Origin: Candidatus Cloacimonadota bacterium
GTDB lineage: Bacteria; Cloacimonadota; Cloacimonadia; Cloacimonadales; TCS61
DNA length: 64,000 bases
Direction: 5' to 3'
NCBI GenBank assembly: GCA_021108315.1
Contig: JAIORE010000190.1
Span: forward strand, 2,736-66,735
Notes under the pieces: generated by a model
Seen by the model: the letters and a program-made list of their open reading frames with translations, nothing else
Told to the model about the DNA's origin: nothing
The model's database searches: none
Translations under genes and position numbers: made by a program
Shown here: piece by piece, positions 1 to 10,153 of the stretch
Position numbering within the stretch: position 1 is the first letter of the stretch
Layout of the letters: the number at the start of each line of letters is the position of its first letter

Positions 1-636
1 GAACTAAAAAATCATAAAGAACATTTGAGATTAATAAATCGAATACTTCGGCATGATCTTACAAACGACTTGGCTGTTATCGGAAGCTCAATAAAATTGT
101 ATGATCGTCAGGGAAATAAGCAACATCTGGAAAATGTGACAAAATTTGTTAATAAAAGTGTACAATTAATCAAAAGAATGAATAATTTGGAAAGATTCCT
201 TACTTTACATCAAGGTTTAAAAATCTACGATGCTCGCAACATAATAGATTCTGTAATTGAAAATTATCAGGATATTGACATCGAAGTAGAAGGGAATTGT
301 AAAATTTTGGGTAATGATACATTTTCTTCAATAATTGATAATATTGTCAAAAATGCTATTGTTCATGGTAAAGCTGATAAAATAAAAATAACAATTTTTG
401 ACCATCAAGATAAATGTTTCATCAAAATTTCTGATTTTGGTATAGGTATTCCAGATAAAGTAAAGAGCAAGATATTTGATGAAAACTTTAAGTATGGAGA
501 GACAGGACACACTGGAATTGGACTGTATATTGTAAAAAAATCTCTTGAAAATATTGGGGGAAGAGTATATGTTGAAAATAACAAACCTTGCGGAACTTCA
601 TTCATCTTGAGTTTGAAATTGATGAAAAATAAATAA
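1..636 (+). CDS. Sensor histidine kinase, C-terminal part (5'-partial; H-box plus HATPase_c)
   Basis: Frame is open from base 1 (ELKNHKEHLRLINRILRHD). It has H-box RHD..N, N-box NIVKNAIVHG, G1 DFGIGIP and G2 GHTGIGLY. It is a close paralog of the C-terminus of 8057..9829. Confidence 0.9.
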   Translation, partial: ELKNHKEHLRLINRILRHDLTNDLAVIGSSIKLYDRQGNKQHLENVTKFVNKSVQLIKRMNNLERFLTLHQGLKIYDARNIIDSVIENYQDIDIEVEGNCKILGNDTFSSIIDNIVKNAIVHGKADKIKITIFDHQDKCFIKISDFGIGIPDKVKSKIFDENFKYGETGHTGIGLYIVKKSLENIGGRVYVENNKPCGTSFILSLKLMKNK

Positions 637-852
637 GTAAATAGAAGAAAAGGGAAAAATGTAGAAATGGAGAAACTGAAGAAAAAAAGAAAAATATTTA
701 AATTCGCTATGTAATTTGTTTTCGTAATACGCTTTTCAACATTCCTAAAATAAATTTAGGAACAAACATCATCCCACTCAAAAATAGAATCTTTTATGTA
801 AAAAAACTTAAATCGAAAAGGAAATTGCCAAATTTTGGAGATATGAAAAGTT

Positions 853-1473
853 ATGGATAAAAAAAACAATTATTATCATAATAAATATAATACAGAAAAT
901 TACTATTGGGGTTTAAAACCATCTCCATCATGTTTTGAAGTACTAAAAACTTTACAACCTGAAAAACATTTAAAATTGTTAGACATTGGTTGTGGCGAAG
1001 GTAGAAATGCAATCTTTTTTGCCAGAAATGGATATGATGTAACAGCTTTTGATTTAGAAAAAGATGGTGTAGAAAAAACTAAAAAATTAGCAGATAAAAT
1101 TGGGGTAAAAATAAATGTTTTTCAAGCAGATATAAATAAATTTAGGTTAGAAGAAAATTTTGATATTCTTTTTTCTACCGGAACACTTCACTATATTAAG
1201 TATGAATTACGGAAGGAAATATTTAAAAATTACAAAGATTATACAAATGTAGATGGCATACATATGTTCACAACCTTGATAGAAAAACCTTTCATTCCGG
1301 CAGCTCCGGAAAAAGAAATAAATTCATATAAATGGTTATCAGGAGAATTGTTTAGATTTTATCATGATTGGAAAATTGAGTTATGCAAAGAATACATTGT
1401 TGATTGTATGTCTAGTGGAATTCCCCATAAACATGCAATAAATCGTGTTCTTGCAAAAAAAATTGTTTTTTAA
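853..1473 (+). CDS. Class I SAM-dependent methyltransferase (TehB-like)
   Basis: Motif I LLDIGCGEGRNA followed by VTAFD; RBS-like GGAG upstream. Confidence 0.85.
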   Translation: MDKKNNYYHNKYNTENYYWGLKPSPSCFEVLKTLQPEKHLKLLDIGCGEGRNAIFFARNGYDVTAFDLEKDGVEKTKKLADKIGVKINVFQADINKFRLEENFDILFSTGTLHYIKYELRKEIFKNYKDYTNVDGIHMFTTLIEKPFIPAAPEKEINSYKWLSGELFRFYHDWKIELCKEYIVDCMSSGIPHKHAINRVLAKKIVF

Positions 1474-1624
1474 TCATAAACTTTGTCAATTTCATATACA
1501 AGATTTCTGCTGAAAGTCTGGTTTGTGCTTTTGGTTTGAATTATTAAGATAATACAGCAAACATATTTTTGTACAATATGATATAATTTTAAATTTATGT
1601 GACTAAAACACTAATGGGGAATTC

Positions 1625-2305
1625 ATGAAAAAGGTTTTCTTAACTAAAAATGATTTAGAGAAAATAAAAAATGTTGTACAGGAAACTGAAAAAAAAACAT
1701 CGGGAGAAATAGTAACTGCTTTCATTAAGGAAAGCTATGATTATGCAATCTATGAATTGATCTTTGCAGTCAGTATAGGAATGTTATATTTTTTTATAAT
1801 GACATTTTTTTATCAAAACATTCATAGTTTTATAAATACACTCTTTTGGACTAAAATTGATGCTGGATATTTTGCTGTGATTTTTTATGGTGCCAGCACT
1901 TTTCTAATAATCATAATATTTTATCTAATTGCTAATTCCACCTTCATAGATTGTTTGATCATTCCCTCAAAAGTAAAAAAAACTAAAGTGCACGAGCGAG
2001 CTATTCGACATTTTTTTGAATCAGGTACTCAAAAAACACGAGATAGAACAGGAATATTGATCTTTATTTCTTTTCTTGAAAAAAGAGTTGAACTCTTGGC
2101 AGATCAGGGAATTGCCGAAAAAATTGATCAAAATGAATGGAACAATATTATTGATAATATCGTTTCGGGAATCAAAAAAAATGAAATGACCGACAGCCTT
2201 ATTCAGAGTATCAAAAAATGTGGCAATCTATTGGAAACGCATTTTCCTATCAAAGCGAATGATGAAAATGAATTAAGTGATGAAATAAGAATTTTGGATA
2301 AATAA
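1625..2305 (+). CDS. TPM-domain membrane protein (DUF477 family)
   Basis: TEKKTSGEIV start, two TM segments, and RDRTGILIFISFLEKRVELLADQGI motif. Confidence 0.85.
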   Translation: MKKVFLTKNDLEKIKNVVQETEKKTSGEIVTAFIKESYDYAIYELIFAVSIGMLYFFIMTFFYQNIHSFINTLFWTKIDAGYFAVIFYGASTFLIIIIFYLIANSTFIDCLIIPSKVKKTKVHERAIRHFFESGTQKTRDRTGILIFISFLEKRVELLADQGIAEKIDQNEWNNIIDNIVSGIKKNEMTDSLIQSIKKCGNLLETHFPIKANDENELSDEIRILDK

Positions 2306-3048
2306 TGATAAAAAAAATTATTGTATTTTGCCTCCTGATTCTAAGTGCTGTAAACCTTGTATCAATCGCAATTCCCCAATTAAAAGGTAGAATAAATGAT
2401 TACGCTGGCATTTTAACTAAGCAAGAAGAGAAAAATTTAGAAAATATTCTCTACACAAATGAACTGAAAACATCTTCTGAAATAGCATTACTAATCATTC
2501 CTACTTTAGAGGGTGATAATCTTGAAAGTTTTGCAATGAAAGTTGTAGAGAAATGGAAGCTTGGAAAAGACAAACAAGATAATGGAGCTCTATTACTAAT
2601 CGTGATGGATGATAGGAAAGTTCGTTTAGAAGTTGGAAACGGTTTGGATCCTATTCTTACTGATATTATAAGTGGATTCATTATCAGAGATTATATTGTC
2701 GAAAATTTCAAAAGTGGTGATTATTATACAGGAATAAATTATGGTTTGAAGGCAATTACTGGAATTATTTCTGAGGAATTTACGATTGATCCTGAAGAAT
2801 TGGAAAAATATAGAAAAAGTGTAGAAAAGAATAATAAGAGTAACAGAATTTCTCTTGTTGCATTACTTTTCGTGATTTCACTAATTTTCGGACTTTTCCG
2901 TGGAAGAAGACGAGGTAGCATTATTCCATTCATAATTTTTGGAAGTATGAGAAACAGGTCTGGAAGCGGTTTTTCTGGAGGAGGATTTAGAAGATTCTCC
3001 GGTGGTGGTGGAAGTTTTGGCGGAGGTGGAGCCTCAGGTGGTTGGTAA
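2305..3048 (+). CDS. TPM-domain protein (YgcG-like) with Gly-rich C-terminal tail
   Basis: Signal peptide, RINDYAGIL, DNGALLLI...RKVRLEVG.GL, TM helix, and SGGGGSFGGGGASGGW tail. Confidence 0.9.
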   Translation: MIKKIIVFCLLILSAVNLVSIAIPQLKGRINDYAGILTKQEEKNLENILYTNELKTSSEIALLIIPTLEGDNLESFAMKVVEKWKLGKDKQDNGALLLIVMDDRKVRLEVGNGLDPILTDIISGFIIRDYIVENFKSGDYYTGINYGLKAITGIISEEFTIDPEELEKYRKSVEKNNKSNRISLVALLFVISLIFGLFRGRRRGSIIPFIIFGSMRNRSGSGFSGGGFRRFSGGGGSFGGGGASGGW

Positions 3049-3065
3049 TTGGAAAGGAGTTAAAA

Positions 3066-5462
3066 ATGGCAGAGCAAAATTTGAAAAATGTAGATAATCC
3101 AATTGATAAGGATTCAACAAATGAACTGGTTGTAGTATCTGATATATTACCGGATAAACTAACCATAATCCCCATTTTGCATCGTCCTGTTTTCCCGGGA
3201 ATAATGATTCCACTTACCTTTACAGGAAGAAGTTTTATCAAAATTATTGAGAAAGCATATAAAAATAAAAAACGTATGATAGGAATTGTTTTCATCAAAG
3301 AGCAAAACAAAGGAGATATTTGGGAATCAGAACTTTATTCTATCGGTACGGTGATGAAAATCTTCAAAATTTCTTATATCGAAAATGATGTGATGCACGT
3401 TGTATTGCAAGGATTACAGAGATTTACAAAGGTTCGCACAGCTTGGAAAAAACCAAATCTTACTTGGAAAGTTAAATATCATTACGAAGCAAATCTCAAG
3501 CCTACAGATGAATTAAAAGCGTATACCCTTGCCGTCATGTCATCACTCAAAGAATTGCTTAGTATAAACCAAATTGTACAAGAACAATTAAAGCTTATTT
3601 TCTCACAGATTTCTTATGAAAACCCGGCAATATTACTTGATCTCGCAGCTTCAATGTTGAATTCCGATCCTCATAAATTGCAAAACTTATTAGAAGCTTT
3701 CGATCTTATCAAAAGAAGTGAAAAGTTACTGATATTATTAAAAGAGGAAATAGAACTAAGCTATTTACAAGCAGATATTGAGCAACAAATTGAAGATAAA
3801 ATGTCAAAACAGCAAAAAGAATTTTTCCTCCGTGAACAATTGAAAATCATCAAAAAAGAACTCGGTCTGGAAAAAGATGATAAAACTGCTGAAATCGAAA
3901 AATATCAAAAAAGAATCAAAAAATTTACTCTAACGAAAGAAGCATCTGATGTAATTTCCGATGAAATTGAAAAGTTAAAGATTTTAGAACCGGGTTCCGC
4001 AGAATTCAATGTTACCAGAACCTATCTAAATGTGCTCACTGAACTTCCTTGGGGAATTTATTCCGAGGAAAGAATTGATATTAAAAAGGTGAGAACTATT
4101 TTGAACGAAGATCATTACGGACTTGATGAAGTCAAAAATACAATCTTACAATTCATTAGCACAATTATCAAACGCGGAACAGTTACCGGTTCGATTTTGT
4201 GTCTCGTTGGTCCTCCCGGCGTAGGAAAAACTTCCGTTGGGAGATCAATTGCTCGTGCTTTAAATCGTAAATTCTATAGATTTTCTCTCGGTGGAATGCG
4301 TGATGAAGCAGAGATCAAAGGTCATCGAAGAACTTATATCGGAGCGATGCCCGGAAAAATTTTACAAAGTTTGAAACGCACCGGAACTGCAAATCCAGTC
4401 ATTATGTTAGATGAAATTGATAAAGTTGGGAAAAGCTATAATGGTGATCCGGCTTCGGCATTATTAGAAGTACTAGATCCGGAAGAAAATAGAGATTTTC
4501 TTGATCATTATCTTGATGTGCGGTTTGATCTTTCTAAAATATTGTTCATCACCACTGCGAATCAATTGGATACAATTCCCAGACCTTTATTGGACAGGAT
4601 GGAAATCATCAGAATTTCAGGATATATCCAAAATGAAAAAGTGGAAATCGCCAAACGCTTTCTCATTCCTCGCCAATTGAAACAACACGGTTTACTTAAA
4701 AAAGAGCTGAAAATTAGAGATAAAGCTTTGCAATTAATAACCGACCAATATGCTCGGGAAGCCGGTGTAAGAAATCTTGAAAATCAGTTAAAAAAAATAA
4801 TGAGACAAGTAACTTTAAAAATTGTAGAAGGGAATCAAAAATCTTTTTCGGTGAGTAGCAGAAATCTAAAAGAATTTTTGGGAAATCCGATTTTTACAAC
4901 CGAGAAATTATATCAAAAAGCAATTCCGGGTGTAACTTTGGGCTTAGCTTGGACTTCTCTTGGTGGAACAACTTTGTACATTGAATCTTCGGCGATCAAA
5001 GGAAGAAGTATTGGTTTCAAACAAACAGGGCAACTAGGCAAAGTAATGTTAGAATCATCTGAAATTGCCTTTTCATTTGTACGTTCCTTGTTATGTTGTC
5101 AGGAAAAATATAAAAATTATTTTTCAGAACACTTTATTCATCTTCATGTTCCGGCTGGTGCAACTCCAAAAGACGGTCCTTCCGCAGGAATTACAATGGC
5201 ATTAGCACTTTATTCTCTTGCTACGGAGAAAACCGTAAGAAAAGAGATTGCAATGACTGGCGAACTTACTCTCACCGGAAAAGTACTTCCCATTGGCGGA
5301 TTGAAAGAGAAAACATTGGCAGCACGAAGAGTTGGAGTTTTTGAATTGATCTTTCCACTTGATAATAAATATGATTTTGATGAATTGCCAGACTATTTGA
5401 AAGAGGGAATCAAAGTTCATTTTGTTGATTATTTTAAAGATGTTTTGGATGTTGTTTATTAG
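3066..5462 (+). CDS. lon: ATP-dependent Lon protease
   Basis: LON N-domain, Walker A GPPGVGKT, MLDEIDK, catalytic PKDGPSAG and KEK. Start moved to ATG 3066 after the AAGGAG RBS. Confidence 0.97.
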   Translation: MAEQNLKNVDNPIDKDSTNELVVVSDILPDKLTIIPILHRPVFPGIMIPLTFTGRSFIKIIEKAYKNKKRMIGIVFIKEQNKGDIWESELYSIGTVMKIFKISYIENDVMHVVLQGLQRFTKVRTAWKKPNLTWKVKYHYEANLKPTDELKAYTLAVMSSLKELLSINQIVQEQLKLIFSQISYENPAILLDLAASMLNSDPHKLQNLLEAFDLIKRSEKLLILLKEEIELSYLQADIEQQIEDKMSKQQKEFFLREQLKIIKKELGLEKDDKTAEIEKYQKRIKKFTLTKEASDVISDEIEKLKILEPGSAEFNVTRTYLNVLTELPWGIYSEERIDIKKVRTILNEDHYGLDEVKNTILQFISTIIKRGTVTGSILCLVGPPGVGKTSVGRSIARALNRKFYRFSLGGMRDEAEIKGHRRTYIGAMPGKILQSLKRTGTANPVIMLDEIDKVGKSYNGDPASALLEVLDPEENRDFLDHYLDVRFDLSKILFITTANQLDTIPRPLLDRMEIIRISGYIQNEKVEIAKRFLIPRQLKQHGLLKKELKIRDKALQLITDQYAREAGVRNLENQLKKIMRQVTLKIVEGNQKSFSVSSRNLKEFLGNPIFTTEKLYQKAIPGVTLGLAWTSLGGTTLYIESSAIKGRSIGFKQTGQLGKVMLESSEIAFSFVRSLLCCQEKYKNYFSEHFIHLHVPAGATPKDGPSAGITMALALYSLATEKTVRKEIAMTGELTLTGKVLPIGGLKEKTLAARRVGVFELIFPLDNKYDFDELPDYLKEGIKVHFVDYFKDVLDVVY

Positions 5463-5768
5463 TGAATTGAAGAAAAAAAGATAAAAACATATCTTGCAAA
5501 GACGCTAAGTCGCAAAGTTTTGAATTTAAATAGACTTTTGAAACCACGAATTAACCCGAATTTGCACGAATATTTTTGCAAAGAACAAAATAACAAAAAT
5601 TATTAACCACAGAGCACAACCTTCCGACTGCTTCGCAGCCACCTTCCTTATGAAGGAAGGCTTTGTCTTCCTTTACAAGAGGGAATTAAGGGGGTTTCTT
5701 CAACATTAAATTTCTCGTTTCTTTGCGTGAAATCTTTTTCTTTTTTAGCCTTGGACGAAATAAAATAT

Positions 5769-6749
5769 ATGAAAAAAATAGAAAAAATTAAAGAATTAAC
5801 TGATAAAAAAATTTGGATTGCACCTTTAGCGGGAATCACAGATAATTCTTATCGTACAATTCTCAAAGATTGCGATGCTGATATTCTGGTAAGTGAAATG
5901 GTAAGTGCTGATGGCTTAATCTACAACAAAGAAAGAAGCCTTTCCTATGCGAGATTTGATGATTATCAACGACCATTTGGAATTCAATTATTTGGTTCAG
6001 ATCCACAAATAATAGCAAAAGCTACTGAACTTATCATAACTGAAAAACCGGATTTCATAGACATCAATATGGGATGTCCGGTAAAGAAAGTTGTGAATAG
6101 AAAAGCAGGATCGTATTTGATGAAAGATGAAAAAACCGCCTGTGATATTGTTTGTTCTGTAAAAAATAAATTGCAAAACACTGAAATACTACTTTCGGTA
6201 AAAATACGTTCAGGTTGGGATTTTCAATCTATAAATGCAATTAGTTTTGCAAAAAAAATTGAAGAAGCTGGAGCAGATATTTTAATTATACATCCTCGAA
6301 CTCGTAGCCAAATGTTTTCGGGAAAAAGTGACTGGGGAATAATCAAAAAAATAAAAGAAAATCTCACTATTCCAATCATCGGAAATGGTGATATAACAGC
6401 CGTTCAAGATGCTTTTGAAATATACGAACAAACAAATTGTGATTCCATAATGATAGGTCGTGGAATAATCGGAAAACCATGGTTGATAACTCAAATTAAA
6501 CATTTTTTGTTGACTTCAAAATATTTAGAAATAAATTATCTAAAGAGATTGGAAATTATCAAAAAACATTTTTCTTTATCAATAAAGTATAGAGGAGAAG
6601 ATATCGCCATAAAGGAGATGAGAACCCATTTTTCTCATTACACAAAAGGAATTCGAGGTGGAGCAAAGGTGAGAGACAGAATTAACAAAAGTGGCAGCAA
6701 AGAAGAAATAATAAATCTTATAAGCGAGTTTTTTTATGAACAAAATTGA
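5769..6749 (+). CDS. dusB: tRNA-dihydrouridine synthase (DusB-type)
   Basis: LAPLAGITD, IDINMGCPVKKV, VKIRSGW, IGNGDI and MIGRG motifs. Start taken at ATG 5769. Confidence 0.93.
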   Translation: MKKIEKIKELTDKKIWIAPLAGITDNSYRTILKDCDADILVSEMVSADGLIYNKERSLSYARFDDYQRPFGIQLFGSDPQIIAKATELIITEKPDFIDINMGCPVKKVVNRKAGSYLMKDEKTACDIVCSVKNKLQNTEILLSVKIRSGWDFQSINAISFAKKIEEAGADILIIHPRTRSQMFSGKSDWGIIKKIKENLTIPIIGNGDITAVQDAFEIYEQTNCDSIMIGRGIIGKPWLITQIKHFLLTSKYLEINYLKRLEIIKKHFSLSIKYRGEDIAIKEMRTHFSHYTKGIRGGAKVRDRINKSGSKEEIINLISEFFYEQN

Positions 6750-7614
6750 TAAAATATTAGTACAAGTTCATTATCTCAAAAAAAAAAACTGGTTAGAAGC
6801 AATTGCTTTGTTAAAACAGAATGCAAAAATATATCCAAAATCAGATGAATTGTATTTAGAACTGGCTGAAATATATTCGCAGCACAAAATCCATAGAAAA
6901 TCTATTGAAATGTATTTAAACGCATTGTATTTACGTAAGTCTGATCAAACTTTAATATTTAAAATTGCCAATAATTTTTTAGCCTTAAATGAGTTCAAAC
7001 TTGCTTTGGACTATTATGGAAAAATTAACGATAGATTTCCCGAACTCTTTTACAATAAAGCATACGCCCTTTCAAAAATTGGTAAATCTTCAGAAAGCAT
7101 TGTTCTTTTGGAAGAACTCATCGAGGAATTTAAAACATCAGAGATTCCATATTTGTTTCTTTCTGAACTTTATTTTTCGAGGAAAGAATTTAATAAAGCC
7201 ATAAAATATATAGAAATAGCCGAACGCAAATTTGGACATAAGGGAGCTTTTCATTATTTAAAAGGTGCTGCATTCTCACATTTGGAGCACTGGTTAAATG
7301 CATATACGGAATTCAAGAAAGCTGAGAAATTCAAAAATAATTTTCCGCATTATTATCGTAGCTTTGCAATTAGTGCAGAAAAAATAGGAAGAACAGATGA
7401 AGCAATTAAACTTTTTTTTCAAAACCTGCAAAAAGAGCCACATGATACTTCTACATTTATTGAATTGATCAAGATTTATATTGCCAGAGATGACTTGGAT
7501 AGTGCCTATAAAATTATTAAAGAAGCACAGAATTTAACTTCACCTAATTTTCCTCTCACTCTGTTGTATAATCAAGTAATTAAAAAGATCAAATCTACTA
7601 AGAAAGATATTTAG
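6736..7614 (+). CDS. Tetratricopeptide-repeat protein
   Basis: Repeating ~34-aa helical units with A/G/Y spacing typical of TPR; overlaps the dusB stop. Confidence 0.8.
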   Translation: MNKIDKILVQVHYLKKKNWLEAIALLKQNAKIYPKSDELYLELAEIYSQHKIHRKSIEMYLNALYLRKSDQTLIFKIANNFLALNEFKLALDYYGKINDRFPELFYNKAYALSKIGKSSESIVLLEELIEEFKTSEIPYLFLSELYFSRKEFNKAIKYIEIAERKFGHKGAFHYLKGAAFSHLEHWLNAYTEFKKAEKFKNNFPHYYRSFAISAEKIGRTDEAIKLFFQNLQKEPHDTSTFIELIKIYIARDDLDSAYKIIKEAQNLTSPNFPLTLLYNQVIKKIKSTKKDI

Positions 7615-7621
7615 AGGTTTA

Positions 7622-8035
7622 ATGAAATCCGTAGATCGTATTGATATGAACAAAAGACGAGCAATACCGGCTGGGGCAAAATTATTTCTTTTAGTTGCTG
7701 TGATTTTTGGGATTACTCTAAAAAATTGTTGGCGTAAAAACCAAGATACGAAGATTGTTATCTCAAATATTCACGTTCAGGAATTTACTTCCGTGAGTAT
7801 TGATGTTGCTTTCACGATTGAAAATAAGACATCAATGGAGCTTGAAAAGAACATATTAATCAGGGTGTTTGCTCCAGATAAAAAGGAGATCGCCAGTAGA
7901 ATTGCTAAAATCAGTATATTACCCAATAGCAAACAAAAATATCTAAAAGTTCTACAAAAACTGAACAGACCGATAAAAGATGAAAATACTATTGCCAATA
8001 TTACGGTGGAATTGTATAATCCATCAATATTTTAA
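7622..8035 (+). CDS. Hypothetical protein with N-terminal membrane anchor and beta-rich domain
   Basis: Hydrophobic LFLLVAVIFGITL followed by alternating beta-strand pattern; AGAGG RBS upstream. Confidence 0.65.
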   Translation: MKSVDRIDMNKRRAIPAGAKLFLLVAVIFGITLKNCWRKNQDTKIVISNIHVQEFTSVSIDVAFTIENKTSMELEKNILIRVFAPDKKEIASRIAKISILPNSKQKYLKVLQKLNRPIKDENTIANITVELYNPSIF

Positions 8036-8056
8036 GGATTAAAAAGGTGTTTAAAA

Positions 8057-9829
8057 TTGGAAAATAATTTGATCGAATTACAAAAAAAGTTGAAAGTTTC
8101 TAAAGGAAAAGAACAAGTGATTTGTAGTCTTCAAATCGGTAATTTTTTCACTAAAAAACTTGAATTCTCAGATGCATTAAAATATTATTTGGATGCTTTT
8201 GAACAATCAAAAAAATTAAATATTCGGTTGCTTACTGCAAAATGTTTGATGAGATGTGGAAGTGCTTGTAAGATGTTAAATCTCTATGATCAAGCACTTA
8301 AATATTATATTTTGTCTATTCAGATTTATGAATCTCTAAATTCCGAATTCGAACTATCTCAAGCTTTTCTCAATTGTGGAACTGTTTATTGGAAAATTGG
8401 CAATTATGCCCGATCTTTAGACTTCTATTTTTCCAGTTTAAAAATCAAAAGTAAACTCAATGATAAAATAGGAATTGCAAGTTGTTATAATAATATTGGA
8501 TTAGTTTATTGGAAACTGCAAAATCCTGAGAAAGCATTAGAATTTTTCTTCAAAGCTCTCACACTTAAAAAAGAATTTGCGGGTAAAGTAAGTATAGCGA
8601 TAACATACAATAATCTTGGAAATATTTACTATGACCAAAATGATATTGATAAAGCCGTAAAAAATCATCAAAAATCGTTAGATATTTCTCTTGAAATAGA
8701 TGATAAAGGTGGTGAAGCTTCCTCTTTGAATAATTTAGGAGCAGATTATAAAAAATTAAATAAACTTGAAAAATCTCTAAACTATTACTTCCAATCGTTG
8801 AATTTGAAATTGCAACTCAAAGATATCGAAAGCGTAGCAAATACTTATAAAAATATTGGGAAAATCTACAATTTACAGGAAAAAACAGCAGAGGCATTAG
8901 ATTATTTACAAAAAGCTCTAAATATTGCTGTGGAAAAAAACTCAAAATTGATTAAAAAGGATTGTTACGAGGAATTATCTAAAATATATGAAACAAAAGG
9001 AAATCTAAATTTATCGCTAAAATTCTATAAAAAATATCTTAAATTGATAGAATCTATACATAAAGATATTAATAATAAAAAAATTGCTGATATCGAAGTT
9101 AAAATAAATGTAGAGCATATGCTTCAAAAAGCTGAAATAATTAAACAAAAGAATATTCAACTGGAACATGAGATATCAGAAAGAAAAAAAACTGAGCAAG
9201 AATTGAAAACATACAGGGAACATCTGAGATTGATAAATCGAATTCTTCGACATGATATTGTGAATAAACTCTCTGTTATCAAAAGCTCGGTAAGAATATT
9301 TACGGATTCAAAAGACAGCAAATGGCTTGATGAGATTTCTAAAAATGTTAATACAAGCGTATCATTGATAAAGCGTATGAAAGATTTGGAATCCTACTTA
9401 CTTTCCCATAAAGACTTGAAATTAATTGATTTAGAAAGAGTATTAAAGGAAGTTGTTTCTACTTTCCCGAGAAAGGAAATCGAAATAACCGGAAATGGTA
9501 TGGTTTTTGCCGATGAAGCTCTAAATTCAGTTTTTGAAAATCTGATATTTAACGCTTTTATTCATGGTAAAACAGAAAAAGTTATTATAAAAATTGATTC
9601 CAATAAAGGCTATTGTATTATCTCGGTAATTGATTTTGGAATTGGAATTCCAGATGAACATAAAGATAAAATTTTTGATGAAAGTTTTTTTTATGGAGAA
9701 ACAGGTCAAACAGGACTTGGCTTGTATATTGTAAAACAAACAATCGAACGCTATGGTGGAATAATTAATGTTGAAGATAATGAGCCAAATGGGACAATTT
9801 TTCGGTTCACTTTGAATAGGATAAAGTAG
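8057..9829 (+). CDS. Soluble TPR-repeat sensor histidine kinase
   Basis: Several TPR_12-like repeats (IASCYNNIGLVY, IAITYNNLGNIY), coiled-coil linker, RHD H-box and HATPase boxes. No TM segment seen. Confidence 0.9.
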   Translation: MENNLIELQKKLKVSKGKEQVICSLQIGNFFTKKLEFSDALKYYLDAFEQSKKLNIRLLTAKCLMRCGSACKMLNLYDQALKYYILSIQIYESLNSEFELSQAFLNCGTVYWKIGNYARSLDFYFSSLKIKSKLNDKIGIASCYNNIGLVYWKLQNPEKALEFFFKALTLKKEFAGKVSIAITYNNLGNIYYDQNDIDKAVKNHQKSLDISLEIDDKGGEASSLNNLGADYKKLNKLEKSLNYYFQSLNLKLQLKDIESVANTYKNIGKIYNLQEKTAEALDYLQKALNIAVEKNSKLIKKDCYEELSKIYETKGNLNLSLKFYKKYLKLIESIHKDINNKKIADIEVKINVEHMLQKAEIIKQKNIQLEHEISERKKTEQELKTYREHLRLINRILRHDIVNKLSVIKSSVRIFTDSKDSKWLDEISKNVNTSVSLIKRMKDLESYLLSHKDLKLIDLERVLKEVVSTFPRKEIEITGNGMVFADEALNSVFENLIFNAFIHGKTEKVIIKIDSNKGYCIISVIDFGIGIPDEHKDKIFDESFFYGETGQTGLGLYIVKQTIERYGGIINVEDNEPNGTIFRFTLNRIK

Positions 9830-9892
9830 GTTAGGAATTAGAAGATAGGTTATAAATATTACCATATTGCCTACACCTTTTGTATTATTAGA

Positions 9893-10036
9893 AGTATCAC
9901 AAGATCACGAGTTATCTGGACTATGCCAAAAGATGATAGTATCAATAAATAGTTTTTGCAAGTAAAATCAAGTACTAATTAGTAGATTTTTTTTCTTTTC
10001 TGAAAGCCTTTTCCTTTATGGGAAAAGGCTTTTTTG
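9893..10036 (+). pseudogene. Relic of the 3' end and terminator of a paralog of the S8 gene
   Basis: 9902-9927 is identical over 26 nt to 14020-14045. It translates as SITRSRVIWTMPKDDSINK*FLQVKSSTN* versus SITRSRVIWTMPIDESVQKLFFRVKSSTD*, with a premature TAG at 9950. The terminator hairpin is also homologous. Confidence 0.85.
10003..10036 (+). terminator. Rho-independent terminator
   Basis: AAAGCCTTTTCC-loop-GGAAAAGGCTTT followed by a T run. Confidence 0.85.
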
Positions 10037-10153
10037 TTTTCTTTAAAATATTATATTCATTTTCGCAATGAATCTGCGAAATTTAACTTGCGTTTTCGCA
10101 GAAAATATTTTCGGAAATGAATAAGTGTCATATACAATAACATGATATGAAAC

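Noticed and set aside
1474-3048. Missing lemA upstream of the TPM-TPM pair as a novelty
   Set aside because: lemA may lie elsewhere in the genome; its absence from this window is not informative.
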